A DNA stretch of 64,000 nucleotides. It comes from Chrysemys picta bellii (taxonomy: Eukaryota). The number at the start of each line of letters is the position of its first letter. The stretch's first letter is position 1. Below, piece after piece: positions 51,394-64,000 of the stretch. A program made the translations under genes and the position numbers. The notes under the pieces were generated by a model. That model searched no databases. It worked only from the letters and a program-made list of their open reading frames with translations, and was not told the DNA's origin. The stretch spans positions 51,522,001 through 51,586,000 of the forward strand of contig NC_088803.1 of NCBI RefSeq assembly GCF_011386835.1, written 5' to 3'.

Positions 51394-52163
51394 CTCTAAT
51401 GGACAGGATGGATGCATGTGGAGTCTGGATTAAGGGGGCATGGGCAATCGTAAATCTGGCATTCCCTAAATGTTGGGTACTTGGGTTTACAGCCTTAACA
51501 TTTTTCACGTTTGTGATGCGAGGCCTGGAGTTTAGAGTGGCGGGTGCTTGCTGTTACCATTTATTGGCGAGCAGTGGAAAGTGGCCCAGAGCTGCTTGAG
51601 AACGCCAGATGGGCAGAAACTCTGTAGGGGAAAGAGCTCTCTGCTGCCATCTACTGGTGATCAGGGAGAAGAGACCGTTAGCCAGGCCTCATTTGCATTT
51701 TTGTTATGTAAAAGTTTTAGGGGTGGTGGTGAAAATTAGTTTTTGTTTTTTGGGTGAAAGGATAATGAAATGTTGTTATCCTTGCTGGGTGACAGAAGGC
51801 AAAAGAACTGCACCAAATGTGCCCTGGATGAGGGGTCACCCTAACCAAATCCACTCTCTGGCATGGTTGGATAGTGAAATATGGACAGACACCAAAAGGC
51901 TAAATATTGTCCCTACTATACTGAAAGAATCACAGCTGAGTTAAATGAAGATGACTCAGGACCAGACTGTATAGTATTTCCCCTAGGGGTTGCAGATGGG
52001 CCTGCTGACCTCTGGACTTTGCTAACCAGGGATAATCAATGATGAGTGAAGTGCAGTAGCAGAGGGGGAAGGTGACTGTGACAACCAAACAACAATGAGA
52101 GGGTGTAATAGGAGAAGGGGAGAGAAATTGTTAAAGGGACATTTTCTTATCAGGTATCACACC

Positions 52164-52407
52164 CAGTGCCGGCTCCAGCGTTTTTGCCACTCCCAAGCGG
52201 CGGAAAGAAAATAAATAAAAGTCGCGAGCGGCAGCACTTTGGCGGCACCTCTACCACTGCCGCTTCATTCTTCGGAGGCAATTTGGCGGCAGGTCCTTCC
52301 CTCTGAGCGGGACTGAGGGACCCGCCGCCGAAGAGCCGGACGTGCCGCCCCTTTCCGTTGGCCGCCCCAAGCACCTGCTTGCTGCGCGGTGCCTGGAGCC
52401 GGCCCTG
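52164..52407. mobile_element. hAT MITE
   Basis: TIRs cagtgccggctccag / ctggagccggccctg and TSD atcacacc / atcgcacc (7/8). Confidence 0.87.
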
Positions 52408-53699
52408 ATCGCACCGGCCCTTCGGGAACTGAGCTGATCTTCTGCCAAAGATACCATGGGGATGGGTGATTTATTTTATACATACATACATACATGTGTT
52501 GTTACTGTTCCTGAGTTGATTCTGCATCCCCTTTTCCTTGAATGTCTCATACTCAGACTTGCGAGTGGGGAAGTATTGCCTATTAAAGATGTTAGTTTCC
52601 CAGGTATCTGAGGAGGGGCTTGAGCTGGTATTTGTTTCATTCTGAAAGGAACCCTAGATATTTGAAGCTGGTTATTTTTGCTGCTGACTACTCCTGGCTG
52701 AAGGGTTACACTAACTTAGTCTAGAGTAGACTTTACCCTTTTTCATGTCAGTATAATTTCAAGTCCCAGTTCTCCTCCACTTCCTCCCGTCCTGGATTCT
52801 GAAGTGGGGTTTGGGACCATTTAATGCTGGGAAGCATCTTATTGCATGTTAAAATGTGGCTCTAATCTAACAAAACGTATAACAGCCTGAGCAATCAGTG
52901 ACAGTAGAGTGCCTGCACGTCTTGCTTTAAATACATTTGGGGGTCTAGGTTTTGCCCATTCGTTATTGCTGTGAAGTGTTTTCCTTCCTGTAAGGGGGGA
53001 GGGGGGGACACATGGAAAAACAGACCCTGGCCCCAGCTATATTGAATACACACAATAGGTAAAATGGGCAAGAACCCCACTAGCTCTTCCTACGCGCTGA
53101 ACCGTTAGTAACCTGGTGCAGAGGTACCCGCTGCCCTCTAGTAGATTTGGCTGTGGCCACTCCGGCTTCGGGTGGTGGAAGTGGGCCGAGGGAGAAGCTG
53201 CCGTAGTTGGGGGGAAATACACATCTCCCTTGGGCCCATTCACCCCCGTCCACCATGGGCAGCTGTCTCCTTTCGTGCCTAGCTGCTCACCGGGCCGCTT
53301 GCGCGCCATCCCTGCTTCAGCGTAGCGGCCGCAGGCTCGCAGTGCAGTATACGCTGGGACACACAGGGAATGAGCAGCCTGAGAAGGGGGCAGGATGAAT
53401 AGCTCCTCACCACCCCCCGTTTGCCCTCACAAGGGCTTGGCAGGCGCCTGTTCACCAGCAATGCTCCAACGGAGAAGGGAGATGTTATTTTCCCAAAGAG
53501 AAAACAGGACGCCACACAGGGGCCAACCTGCAGCCCTCCCTGCCTTCTGCCAGCAAGGATGTGCTGGCCTGAGACACCCCTCCCTTCTCTCCCCACATGT
53601 GAGGCTGGCATGAGGCCCCGCTGCCCACCTATGCAGCCAGCCCAAGCCCCACTGCCACCCACACAGGACTGGCCCAAAGCCCCCATCAACACCTCCCCA

Positions 53700-53974
53700 G
53701 TACCTGCATGGGACCAGCTCAAGACCCCCTGCACAGCTGGCCTGCCAAAGCCGCTCTCCCTGACCCTCCCTCCGGTGCAGGGCTGGTATTGCCACTTGCT
53801 TCCTCTGTGCCCCATGGGGGATGGCGCATCCCACTTTTTTGGCACCACGGCACTTGCCGACTGGTGAGCAGTTGGCTGGGACACATGTCCAGTTTTGCCA
53901 AACAAAGCCGGCCGGCCAGGACAGGGCTTAAAGATGGGTCTGTCCCAGCCAAACCAGGACACAGGGTCACCCTA
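53700..53974. mobile_element. Partial hAT element (TAGGGTGACC-type right end)
   Basis: Ends tgtcccagccaaaccaggacacagggtcacccta; the left end was not located. Confidence 0.5.
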
Positions 53975-54621
53975 CCACGGAGGTGCTGCTGCAAGAGAGC
54001 ATATGTGTGCACATCCACACACACACCCGCCCCCTGGAGCCTGGCGTCTGAGGCTTAGCTGGGCGGTGGCGTGACCTGCACCCACAGGGCTGGTTTAGTG
54101 CTGCGGGACAGGAGACCCGCTGAGCCCCTGAGGCTGCTGTTGGCCCAGGTGTCCTGAGGGGGCAGTTGGTGGGGGGGCAGTTTACTCTTATGCCTGCATA
54201 CGGGGGTGGGGGTGGGGGAGCTGCAGCCTTGCTGTGCATTGCCTCCAGACAGGAGTTGTTTGTACCACGCCCCGCATTGCTCTGGTGAGGAGCGGCGGGT
54301 GGCCTGCCATGGCGCGGGTGATGGGCAGCAGGGGGAGCCTGAGCTCCACCTGGCCCCGCAGCAACACACCCATGCGTGGCTGGGGCAGGGCAGCTGAGCC
54401 GAGGGGGGAGCAGGCCAGTGCCGGGGGCGTCCCTTAAGGCCTAGGGCCGGGGCCTGCCCCTGCCCCTTGCAGAGCCAGGCCAGCCCTGACACTTTGCTTT
54501 GGCTTGTGCCAGCGACAAGTGGCGCCCACCCACTTCGGCTCGGGTCGCTGCCGGCGGGAGGGGCGGGCTTTGCCACAGCCGGCACCTGCCCTGTGGGGGG
54601 GGCTACACTGGGCGGAGAGGA

Positions 54622-55320
54622 TAGAGTCACCAACTTTCTGCTTGCAGAAAACCGAACACCCTTGCCCCGCCCCCCTGCCCCAAGGCCCTGCCCCTTCTCC
54701 AAGGCCCCTCCCACCCACTCACGCCTTCCCCCCCCCACACACACACACACTCATTTTCACCAGACTGGTGCAGGTGGGGGCAGGGAGGTGAGGGCTCTGG
54801 GGTGGGGCCGGGGATGAGGGGTGCAGGAGGGGGCGCTGGGCTCGGCCGAGGGGTTCAGCGTGAAGGAGGGGGTGGGTTATGTGGGCTCTGGGAGGGAGTT
54901 TGGGTGCGGGAAGGGGTTGGGGTGCAGGCTCTGGGAGGGGGCTCAGGGCTGGGATACAAGAGGGGGTTCAGGGTGCAGGCGCTGGGTGGCGTTTACCTCA
55001 GGCGGCTCCCGGAAGCGGATGGGATGTCCCTGCGGCACCTAGGTGCAAGGGTGGCTCCACACGCTGCCCTCGCCCACGCCGCTCCCATTGGCCATGGTTT
55101 CCAGCCAATGGGAGCTGCGGAGCCAGCACTCGGGGCAGGCGCAGAGCACGGAGCTTCCCTGGCCGCCCCTGCACGTAGGGGCCACAGGGCCACACCGGCT
55201 GCTTTTAGGCGCTGCAAGGTTCCTGCCTTAGCCCCGCTATGCCGCTGATTGGACTTTTAACGGCCAGGGTCCCTTTTTGACCCGGCGTTCCAGTCAAAAA
55301 CCGGATGCCTGGCAACCCTA
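54622..55320. mobile_element. hAT element (TAGGGTTGCCA type) with G-rich repeats
   Basis: Termini tagagtcaccaactttc / tggcaacccta and flanks ggagagga / gaagaggc (6/8). Confidence 0.78.
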
Positions 55321-56882
55321 GAAGAGGCCACGAGGCTCAAACCACCTGGTGGGCTTCATCGCCTCACGGCTCAGCGTCCCGGCTGCTGGCAGCAGGGGTG
55401 GGCTGAGGCATCGTCGAGGGGGGAGCTGTGTATGTGCCTGACGGGTTAAAGGAGCAATGGGAGAGACTGCTGCTCCCCAGAGCGTCTGACGCTTGCGCTG
55501 CTGTGCAGGAGGGGAGAAGTCTCTGAGCTTTCTGCACCACAACCCCTCGTACTCGGGGCCTCTTGGAATGAGCTGGGGTGGGAGCAAGGGAGAAGTGGGG
55601 GGGCAGCCTATCGCCCTGTGCCCCTGGCTGGAATCAGAGTGGCTCCATGGGGTGTGTGCACCACAGGCCCTATAGCGCTGAGCTAACGTAGATTCTCCTT
55701 TAGCCCACACAGTAGGGGCCTGGCCTAGATGGGCAGGAGGGCCCTACGCGGGGGCCACTGGTTGAGGGGCAGCACAATATGTGCCCCAGGCAGATGTGGA
55801 CTTGCAGCAGTCTAAGCCAGCCCGCCATTGTTACTATCATGTTAGCACAAGCCTCTGTGGCCTTTAGCTGGGACCCCTGTGCAGACCCCTCACCTGGTAT
55901 CTGGTGGGGCAGGAGTTCCCTTTGAGTATGTTACATCTGTTTTCAACCTGCACTCCTCCCAGAACCGCTGCGGGCTGGCCGGACGCTAGAGCGCTGGATG
56001 GCAGGGAGCGGGGCCACTTGAGCAGCTGGTCCCACTTGAGCCCCCGGAGAGCTGGCCCACCGCACGGGCACCTCTTCCTTGTTCCCGGCTCCTCAGTTAC
56101 ACCAGTGCTAGAAGTACATAGACTTTGCCAGGGTTACTTTTCCTTGGTAGCTAGTGCCGTGGTTAGGGGGTTGGGGGACCCTGACGGAGGTGGGGATACA
56201 AGATGGTTTGAGCCAGGAGATAATTTGACAGTGCCTCATTGTAGAAGAGCCATGGGTTTGCTTACGGGGCCTTTCTGCGACCCCATCCTGCCCCAGGTAG
56301 AATGTGGCCACAACCCACCGATGTCAGGGCCTGATTAAGACAGAAGAGGTGGTGGCACCTGTAGGAAGTGACGGGTTATGGAGCGGCAAGCTCCCGGGGT
56401 GTCAGCTGGCAGAGCTCTGTCCAGCCCAGGTGGGATTTGTCACGGACAGAGCTGAGCCGGCACAAGGCCATAGCGTAGCCAGAGCTAGCCCAGCCGAGCT
56501 GCGCTGGTGCCAGCATGTTCCTTGGACTAAGCTGCGTCCACACCAGGAACGCGTGGCCCGTAGAGATACCGCTTCAGCCACGCGGGCAGAGCGCTCCTCA
56601 TGACCTGGTCTCGGTTCTCTGCCTTGGGGCAGCCAGCTGCAAGCTGAGTTTTCAAACAAAACAGCTGCGTGTCTGCCGGGGGCCTGGCTGCACCCTTCCA
56701 ACAGTCAGCTGCAGGCCCCGATCACTGCTGGATGGAAGCTCCATCAGGCCAGGGAGCAAGCCCAACTTGTCCCATTTTCCTTGGGACTGCAAGGGGTGAC
56801 GATGCTGGAGGCAGCTCTGTGGTGGGGGAGCTGGAACCACCCAAAGGGCTGCAAGTACAGTTTACCCCAGAGGCACAAAGTT

Positions 56883-57203
56883 CAGGGTTTCTCAACCTTT
56901 TTGATCGCAGGGACTGGCTTGCTGCCTTCCTAAACGGTCAGGGAAATCTCAGGGACCGGCGCCGGTCTGCAGATGGGTTGTGGAGAAACAAAGCACCAGT
57001 CCTGGGAAATGCAACAAGCTGGTTCCATGCACCACATGCCCTCCGGTGGCGGCTCCATCCAAGGGTTTACCGCTCTGCAAGCTGACGGAGTCACTCCATT
57101 GGTGGCAGGAGTAAAGGCCACAGCCCCTAGGCCCCGAGCCAGGGAAGTATTTGTGTACAAGTCTAACTTTGTGTCACCCGCTCCCGTGTTCCATTCCCCA
57201 CTG
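56883..57203. mobile_element. hAT (Charlie-like) MITE
   Basis: Left TIR cagggtttctcaaccttttt; the right end is approximate. Confidence 0.55.
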
Positions 57204-57369
57204 GTGAGTACTGGGGATGGGGCATTACACACCCAGCTCCCACCAGCCCCACTGCACTGCCCTACGATCCAGCAGCCAGCGCGGCAGCTCAGCCGCCCCA
57301 CCCAAACTCCCCCCCCGCAAGCCGTGCACAAAAGGCACACAGAAGAATGAATCTGAAAAACACAAATCT

Positions 57370-57375
57370 TTTATT
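57370..57375 (-). terminator. Candidate polyadenylation signal of a convergent minus-strand gene
   Basis: Minus strand reads AATAAA-agatttgtgtttttcagattca followed by U/GU-rich ttcttctgtgtgccttttgtgc. Confidence 0.4.
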
Positions 57376-60300
57376 TCGCTTGTCTCTGACAAACCCTCCC
57401 TTCCAGGGGCACACGATTCCGGGCACAAGAGGGACCTGAGCGAAGCACACGTGCGACAAAGAGCATCGGCCCAAATTCCACTTGCAAAACCCTGGAAGAA
57501 AATTTGAAAAAGGGGCAGCCCGAGCAGAGCCCGCCCCAGCCGCACCCCTCCCTGCCAGGAAGTGCCACAATCCCGGGTCCCAGAGGGCAAGTCCCTGGGC
57601 CGGTTTTGTACATTCTAGCCCAGGTCATTCCAAGGCCGGTTTCACTTGTTCTGTTTTTTTTTTTTTAATTGCCGTTTACAAACCCCCCTTTCACACATTG
57701 ATTTTCCTTTTGGCTTTGTTACTTTTCCCCGGCCAAGCCTGGGATCCCCAAGGGCCGTGGTCCCTCTTGCCTCGAGCCAGCAACCTGGGCCGGTTTGCGC
57801 AGTTGCGGGAGATGGCATGGCCTCTTCCTGTCTTCCCCACCAACCGAGCTCAGCCTAGTGCACGTCCCCCCGCTCTGGTCCTGACTGACGTGAGCAGGTG
57901 CTGGGATCCCACAGGAGCCGATCGCAGGCTCGGACTACACCTGCTCGCGTTCTTCATCTTTGCTTTTTCCTCCAGTCTGAACAGCTCAAATGAGGACTGA
58001 CTAGGCTGCAGGGCTCCTACAAAGTGCATGATCATGCCTTCCCCTTCGTCAATGGGGCACCGTGGGACCTGGCACGTGGTGCCTCACCCCCCCTTCGCGA
58101 TACACTCGGCCCTCTTTGGAAGGAAGTGCTGGCTCAGCTCATGCACGGGCCCTGGTGCATTCTTCCACCACAGAGCAGCTGTCTGCCAGGGCCCTGGGGC
58201 TAGTTTGCAATGCAGGCTCAGTACCTGTAATCAACAGTGGACAGGGTAGGCGACAGGGACTAGAGAAAGGGCTGGTCTGACACCCGTTCCTGCCCAAGCT
58301 TTGTGGTCTTAGCCAGGACCTCAGGTTCCTAAAGGAACCCACGAGGGCCAGACAAGGGACAGGAAATCCAAGCAGAGGGACCCCCAACCCTGCTTCAGTG
58401 CAGCTGCAAAAAGCATCAGTACCTACAAAGACCCCTAGTGCATGAACCTGTCAGTGTCCCACACGGTCAGAGAAATGTGTAATATCACGCAGCCTGGGGA
58501 AACAAACAAGCTACATTCATTGCCCGATGGCCAGCAAGTTCACACAGGTCAGAGCTAAATTCACCTCTAGGGAGGGGGATGGCTCAAGTCCCCTGAATTG
58601 TGACTGCCTGTACAGAGGGCATGCGGGCGTTCGGAGTGTGGCTAGTACGTAGCACATCTTCGGTCCACCCAAATATCTGATACGTATTCCCTGTTCATCT
58701 GGCTCAAAGAACGTATCCATTGCATTGGGAGAACACACCGCTCCGTCAGGGCACTCGCTGCAACCAGTTACCTTCCCCCGCCGCACAAAGCCGAAGGCGA
58801 CACCTCTGTGAGCAGCAGCAGTGAAGCTAGAATTGGTGAAAGGTCCCCGCAGGGCAGGGAGCTGGTGGCCAATCTCTGGGGCGAGGGTGGCACTGCCAGC
58901 CAAAGCCGTTCAAAGCCACAAAGGCGCAGAAGCCTCCATCACTTGCATTTGCCATGGCCAGGTAGGTAGCACTGGCAGCTCTGTTCTCCGGCAGCATTAA
59001 GCTCGCTTGTATCAAGTACCACCAGAGAAAGGAAAAAGGCCACCAGGATTCCTTGGGCAGCCACCTGGACCGACCCTCCCCGTGCAGGGACCCATGGGTG
59101 CTGCAACCTGGAGCTGAGACAGCAATTCCAGCCAGCTGCGTGTCACAGCCCCATCCCCCATCACACCCACGGCCCTGCCAACAGGGCCCCATCTCCACTT
59201 GATACCCGTCAAGCCAGGACCCTGCATAGCAAACCACAGAGGGGTTTTCCCACTGGGCAGGGAAGAGACTATTCTCTGCTTTACGGCTTAGGAGCACGAT
59301 CTGCACCCATGGGATGACCCCGCTCCCTCCAGCCTGGGCCGACCTGCCCCCTGCAGGCCGATCCCATGCTCAGCACGCTAGCTTTAGGCAACGTTTCTAC
59401 CACTTCCCCATAAATACTATTTCTAGTGGATGCGCCCGTTGGACCTTTAAAAGACACCAGGCCTGCATCTGGGGATGTAGGATTGTCGTATCGCTGAGAC
59501 CCGCCACGCACTAGAACTGCAACCCTGCCAAAACCAGCCCGAGGCCCAGACAAACTCCCCCCGCCAGGAGAAATCCTCGAGTGTGCAGTGCTGTCACCTG
59601 GGACAATGCTAGGATCCCACCCTACTTCCACTGAGCCGGGGAAGCAGGAACCGAGCCCTGCGGGAGGAGGTCCTGGGAATTTGTGGGGAGATCTTCCAGC
59701 AAAAGGGGATTAACATGCTGAAGAAAGCAATGAAACAGTCATTAACGCACCAGGCCCAGTGGTGCCAGCAGCACTGACCCTGCTGCTTGGGCAGCCCCTT
59801 CCCTGGGATTACGCTTCTCCACTTTGCCCGTGGCTGCAAGAGGCACACCCCTCCCCTCCCCTCCTCACTTTGTCTGGGGAAATCACAGTGCAAATTCGCT
59901 TTCTTAAGAAAAGTGAGTTGTGTGCTAGTGAGCAGGGCCAATCCCAGGCCCCAAACTCCCTGATTTACCCTCAGAATTGGCACACCACAGGCAGGGCTCA
60001 AAGGGTCCCTCAAAGGGAGACTTCTGGTGACTACAGACCAGCACCAGCTTCGAACCTGTGCCCCGGCGGCGGACAAGGGTTAGTGCGAGCAGGTCCTCGC
60101 TACACCATGCAGTGTTCTACCCTGAGAGAAGCCGGGGGCATGCGACTCTCCAGCCTTCCCCGGGAGCTCCCCCAGAGACAGCGGGTTCTGCGGGATCCAG
60201 TAGCTCTGAGTGGCTGGGAAGCTCAGGAATGGTGGGGCAAGGGGCGAATATGGACCCACGGAGCTTGAGAGGGAAGAAAAAGGCTTTAGGAGGAAAATAG

Positions 60301-60532
60301 CCCAGAACAGCAGAGCTCAGAATGATCCGTCCTGGAGCGTGGGTGGGTGAGCTCCAGTCTATAGAACCGTGCTGGGATACTGCCCCACCGGCTGCTCCGC
60401 TGCCTTGCTGCCCGGGGCCCTCTGCGCCAAGCCCCACATCACCTTGCTCTGAGTCTGAGCACCGGAGCTGGCCAAGGAGGCACCTGGCCAGGGGTTCTAG
60501 CTGGGGATAAGTGAGGGGAAGGTTTGGCAGCA

Positions 60533-60708
60533 GATTCATAGAATATCAGGGTTGGAAGGGACCATCTAGTCCAACCCCTGCTCAAAGCAGGACCAATCCC
60601 CCACTAAATCATCCAATTTTTTTGCCCCAGATCCCTAAATGGCCCCCTCAAGGGCTGAACTCACAACCCTGGGTTTAGCCGGCCCATGCTCAAACCGCTG
60701 AGCTCTCC
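60533..60708 (-). mobile_element. Tortoise PolIII/SINE (tRNA-derived head plus CR1 3' tail)
   Basis: Minus strand reads agctcagcggtttgagcatgggccggctaaacccagggttgtgagttcagcccttgagggggcc...ggtcccttccaaccctgatattctatgaatc. Confidence 0.9.
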
Positions 60709-62469
60709 ATATGATCCCACCAGATCAGCTGAGAAATAGAGCGGGCACCAGCTGGATCTGGGGTTTGCATCCCGACCCCTCTCCCCTGGAAGGATCCGGC
60801 ATAGGCCCATGGCTAGTCAGAGCCCCCCCTACAAAGCCATCCTAACACTAGCTCTCTGAACCATCCTGAGCCAGGGGTCTGGAGACCGGAGGCAGGAGAT
60901 CAAGAATGATCGGACGAAGCTCCCATGAGCGGAGCCTGACAAGAACCAAGGACAGCACCAGCTGAGCAAGCAGGAGGGAGCTGCAGCCATTAAAGTCTCT
61001 CCGGCCATCTTGGGGAATTCTTCAGGGGCCGTAAAAGATGGCGGCAATTCTGAAACAGGTGTCCCAGGACTTTGCTTTCCCGGCCCTCCCCTCAGACTGT
61101 TGCCCAGCAGAACTGGCAAAACTTCCAACCGAGTTTTCAGTGACGTTTTTCAACAATGGGAAAACGCCACTGAACATTCAGAGAACCATTAAAATGCTTT
61201 AAAAAATTCTCAGGATTATTTTTTTTTTTACTTAAAAAATAAACCAAACCAACCTCCCCCCCCACCCCAGTTTGATCACATGGGCAGCTGTAGCATCATC
61301 AGGCTAGAATCCCCACAGCTCACCCCCGCCCCCAAAACATACAGTCACCCCTCCACACCCACACCGACAAGCAGGCCAGGAATCACTGCGCTAGGCATTC
61401 CCACACCACAACCCTCCCGCTACTGTTTTCTTCCTGTGCTTCCGACCAATCAGAGCTCTATTAATGGGTGGGGGAGGGGGGCTGATTTTTGTTTTAAACA
61501 CACCCAAAGAGGGCAGGTTTGTGCAGGCGATTGCTACACCCCAAATCCATGCAGGATGGAAACCAGGACACAGCGTTCCTCCACGAGTGTTCATCTCGTG
61601 TGTCTCAGCCAGACACACGAGATGAACACTCCCAAACTACGGCCCTGACTCCCAGTCCTGCACCTTTCACATTCAGGAGCTCCCCCGCAGCATTCACACT
61701 AATACAGACCTGAGCAGGGCTCCCTTTCCCCCACCCGAGTTACAAACACACACGGGCCTGCCACCACTCCTAGCCAAGTCTCCCAGCACCATACACCCAT
61801 CTGTGAATGAAGTCTCATGTTGTCCCCTGGAGGTAGCCAGCATTATCCTTGTTTTACACAGGGGTGAGGTGCACTGGATCCCCACTCCCACTGAAACAGA
61901 TGCAGGAGGATTGATTGCCCAAAGCCATGCAGCAAGTCTGTGGGTGTGGCAGAAAAAACAACCTGGATCCGTGCACCCCATCAGATCGTCCTCCCTGGTT
62001 ACGGAACACCCATTCCCAGCCCGGCACTTGGCTACGCCAAGCCCTCACCTCCCTGGAAACAATCAACCTGCTGAAGCAGATGGGACATGTAAACTTCCTC
62101 CTGTCCCTACGAAACCCCTGGAGATTGGAAGCACTCGCGAGGGGCCAGCCCTGCAGACCAGTTCTCACCACGGTGACCTGCCACACCCGTGACTGGAACG
62201 CTGCAGGTTTCCAGGGCTGGACCCACAGCAAGCAGGAGCAGCCCTGCTGCGACAAGGGGGAGAGCAGCGCTAAAGGAGGCGGGACCCTGCCCAAGCAGGG
62301 CCTTGAAATGCTCAAGATCACTTTCCCCTTTGGCTTTTTAAGCCGGGTGCCAGCGCAAAGCGGGACGTGCTTTAGGCAGCTGCCAGCAGAACAAAATAGC
62401 AACAACACAAGGCAGTGACCTATGCACCAGACCGGGAGCCGCGAAGGGAAGACTTTCTCACACTGACTC

Positions 62470-62522
62470 CTGTGGCTTTGGGCAAGGCCCGAGCCCACTG
62501 CCTCAGTTTCCCCATCTTAATG
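62470..62522 (+). mobile_element. MIR CORE fragment
   Basis: ctttgggcaagg...tgcctcagtttccccatct. Confidence 0.5.
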
Positions 62523-64000
62523 ATTGTTGCTGACAGAGCTGCTGGGAGATTAATTGATGTCTGGCGCGTGGTGTAGAAGGGCTGAGTCACTGAACTATTT
62601 CCAAACGTGTTTCCGTGCAGGGGTTTCTGCAGATAGCCTATGGCCAGGGCAACCTCCACACACACGCTTTCTCTCCTCCAAGCCACCCTCCACACACACT
62701 GTACCCGGGGAGGGGGGGGGGGGGGAAGGGGAGAGCGAACAGTTTTGAAAATTGCACAAAGTCCCCACATTTAATCGGTCAATTGTTCACCCACAGCCTA
62801 GGACCAAGGGCTAGTGGCGATGATCAACTTACAAGCAGAAGGGAGGGGGGACAGATGGGGCGCATGGGGGTATTCAAAAGTCATGAGTGTGAAAAAGCCC
62901 CTCATCACCTGCCCCGGTGAGGCAAAGCGAGGATTGTGCCAAAGGGAAACTGTCAAATCGTTTACCATTAAAATACCAGGAGAGAGCCCATGGTGAAAAT
63001 TATTCTAAGCCTAGAGAGGCCAGGGGCCCGACGTGAGCTACCTTAAGAGCGGCCTGGATTTTCAGTGCTGAAAATCAGGGCCCAAGAAGGCAGCTCCGGT
63101 CAGTTGCCCGAAAATCGCGGGTTACTCTCGAAAGCCTTGTCCTTGTGATTATCACTCCGCCAGCGCTAGTCGCAGCCCAAGCACGTGGCCGCAGGAAGAG
63201 CAGCAGAAAACCTGCCTCCCCGGGCTGTGCTACAAGTCTCTGCTGGTGCACAAGTTTCAGCAAGAGTGGCTCTCTGGACACCCCCCAAGTCCCACCTACA
63301 CTGTGGGCGTAAGCGGGATTTCAGTGGTCTCCTTAGCACCACTTAATGTACTTAAACTAGACACCTGCCTAAGCACCCTGCCGAGGCCCACAGCTCTGGA
63401 GTATTCCCCCGGCACAGACCGTACTGCCCAGGCACAAAAGGCAGCAGAGGAGTATTCATTATACATTCAGAATAGGGAGCTTTTTCCATTCAAATCCACC
63501 TCAGCCGGGCCACTTGGGGCACAGACAATTGGTTTTGTTTACAAAAAACCAACAACAACAGACATAGAATTGAGCCAGGCTACAAACATTGAAAAAACAA
63601 TCTTACAAAATACAGCTTCGTAAACACACGCACACACAGACTCGCATCTTTGCATCCAGCAAATGGATTTTGGGGGGATTATCTCGGACGTTAACGACCA
63701 AGGCAAATTCCAATGGACGTTGGCCGGGTTCTTGCAGTCAAGACTGCAGGGCAAACACACACAAAAAAATGCACGAAGGGAAAACTACATTTCCCAGCAA
63801 CCAGTGCTGCTTGCTTATAAACAGGGTGTCCAAAGGGGGTAGGAGGTGATGGGAAAGAGAAAGGATTCTGGGAAATATAGTCCCTACAGAAACAAATCTA
63901 GAGACATGCTTTTGGAAAGCAAGGAGATGAGGGTTTTCTCCATCTCTCTCTCGTGCCCTGGGAGGGAATATTTAAAATACAACCTTTAATATATTTTATT

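Noticed and set aside
53279-55248. Long ORFs up to 231 aa on both strands
   Set aside because: They overlap GC-rich hAT elements and low-complexity sequence and have no recognisable domain.
56108-56311. TFYLGQDGVAER resembling the Gypsy integrase YHPQxDGxAER motif
   Set aside because: It is a single short similarity with no other integrase or RT motifs nearby.
58517-59306. Minus-strand ORFs as possible SLC2A4RG or LIME1 exons
   Set aside because: They show no resemblance to the recalled proteins (no C-clamp, C2H2 or tyrosine motifs) and no consistent splice-phase chain.
63051-63082. Short inverted repeat gattttcag-tg-ctgaaaatc
   Set aside because: It is most likely a collapsed remnant of a common turtle MITE (similar ends at about 20851-20933), with no independent evidence of function.

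Overview
Eukaryotic, turtle-like genomic DNA: it carries a tortoise PolIII/SINE, CR1, MIR-like SINEs, hAT and Harbinger MITEs, solo LTRs and Penelope-like elements. The window holds the 3' part of ZBTB46 on the + strand as three coding exons (12235-12510, 33416-33591, 44253-44642 with stop) plus a long AT-rich 3'UTR. The BTB-encoding exon is not in the window. The main unexpected signal lies in the 21-kb intron after exon 12235-12510. It is a phase-compatible three-exon cassette (19810-19982, 21179-21230, 21316-21908) with strong splice sites. It would give ZBTB46 an entirely different C-terminus with four zinc fingers and a SIM-like motif, in place of the canonical fingers. Other notable items are a Penelope-borne minimal hammerhead ribozyme, two hAT MITEs inserted 1 bp apart in the same target site, hairpin-rich Harbinger MITEs, and CTCF-like motifs at an AT-to-GC transition near 50 kb. 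A probable convergent minus-strand 3'UTR occupies the right end. All calls come from reading the sequence; no database searches were run.
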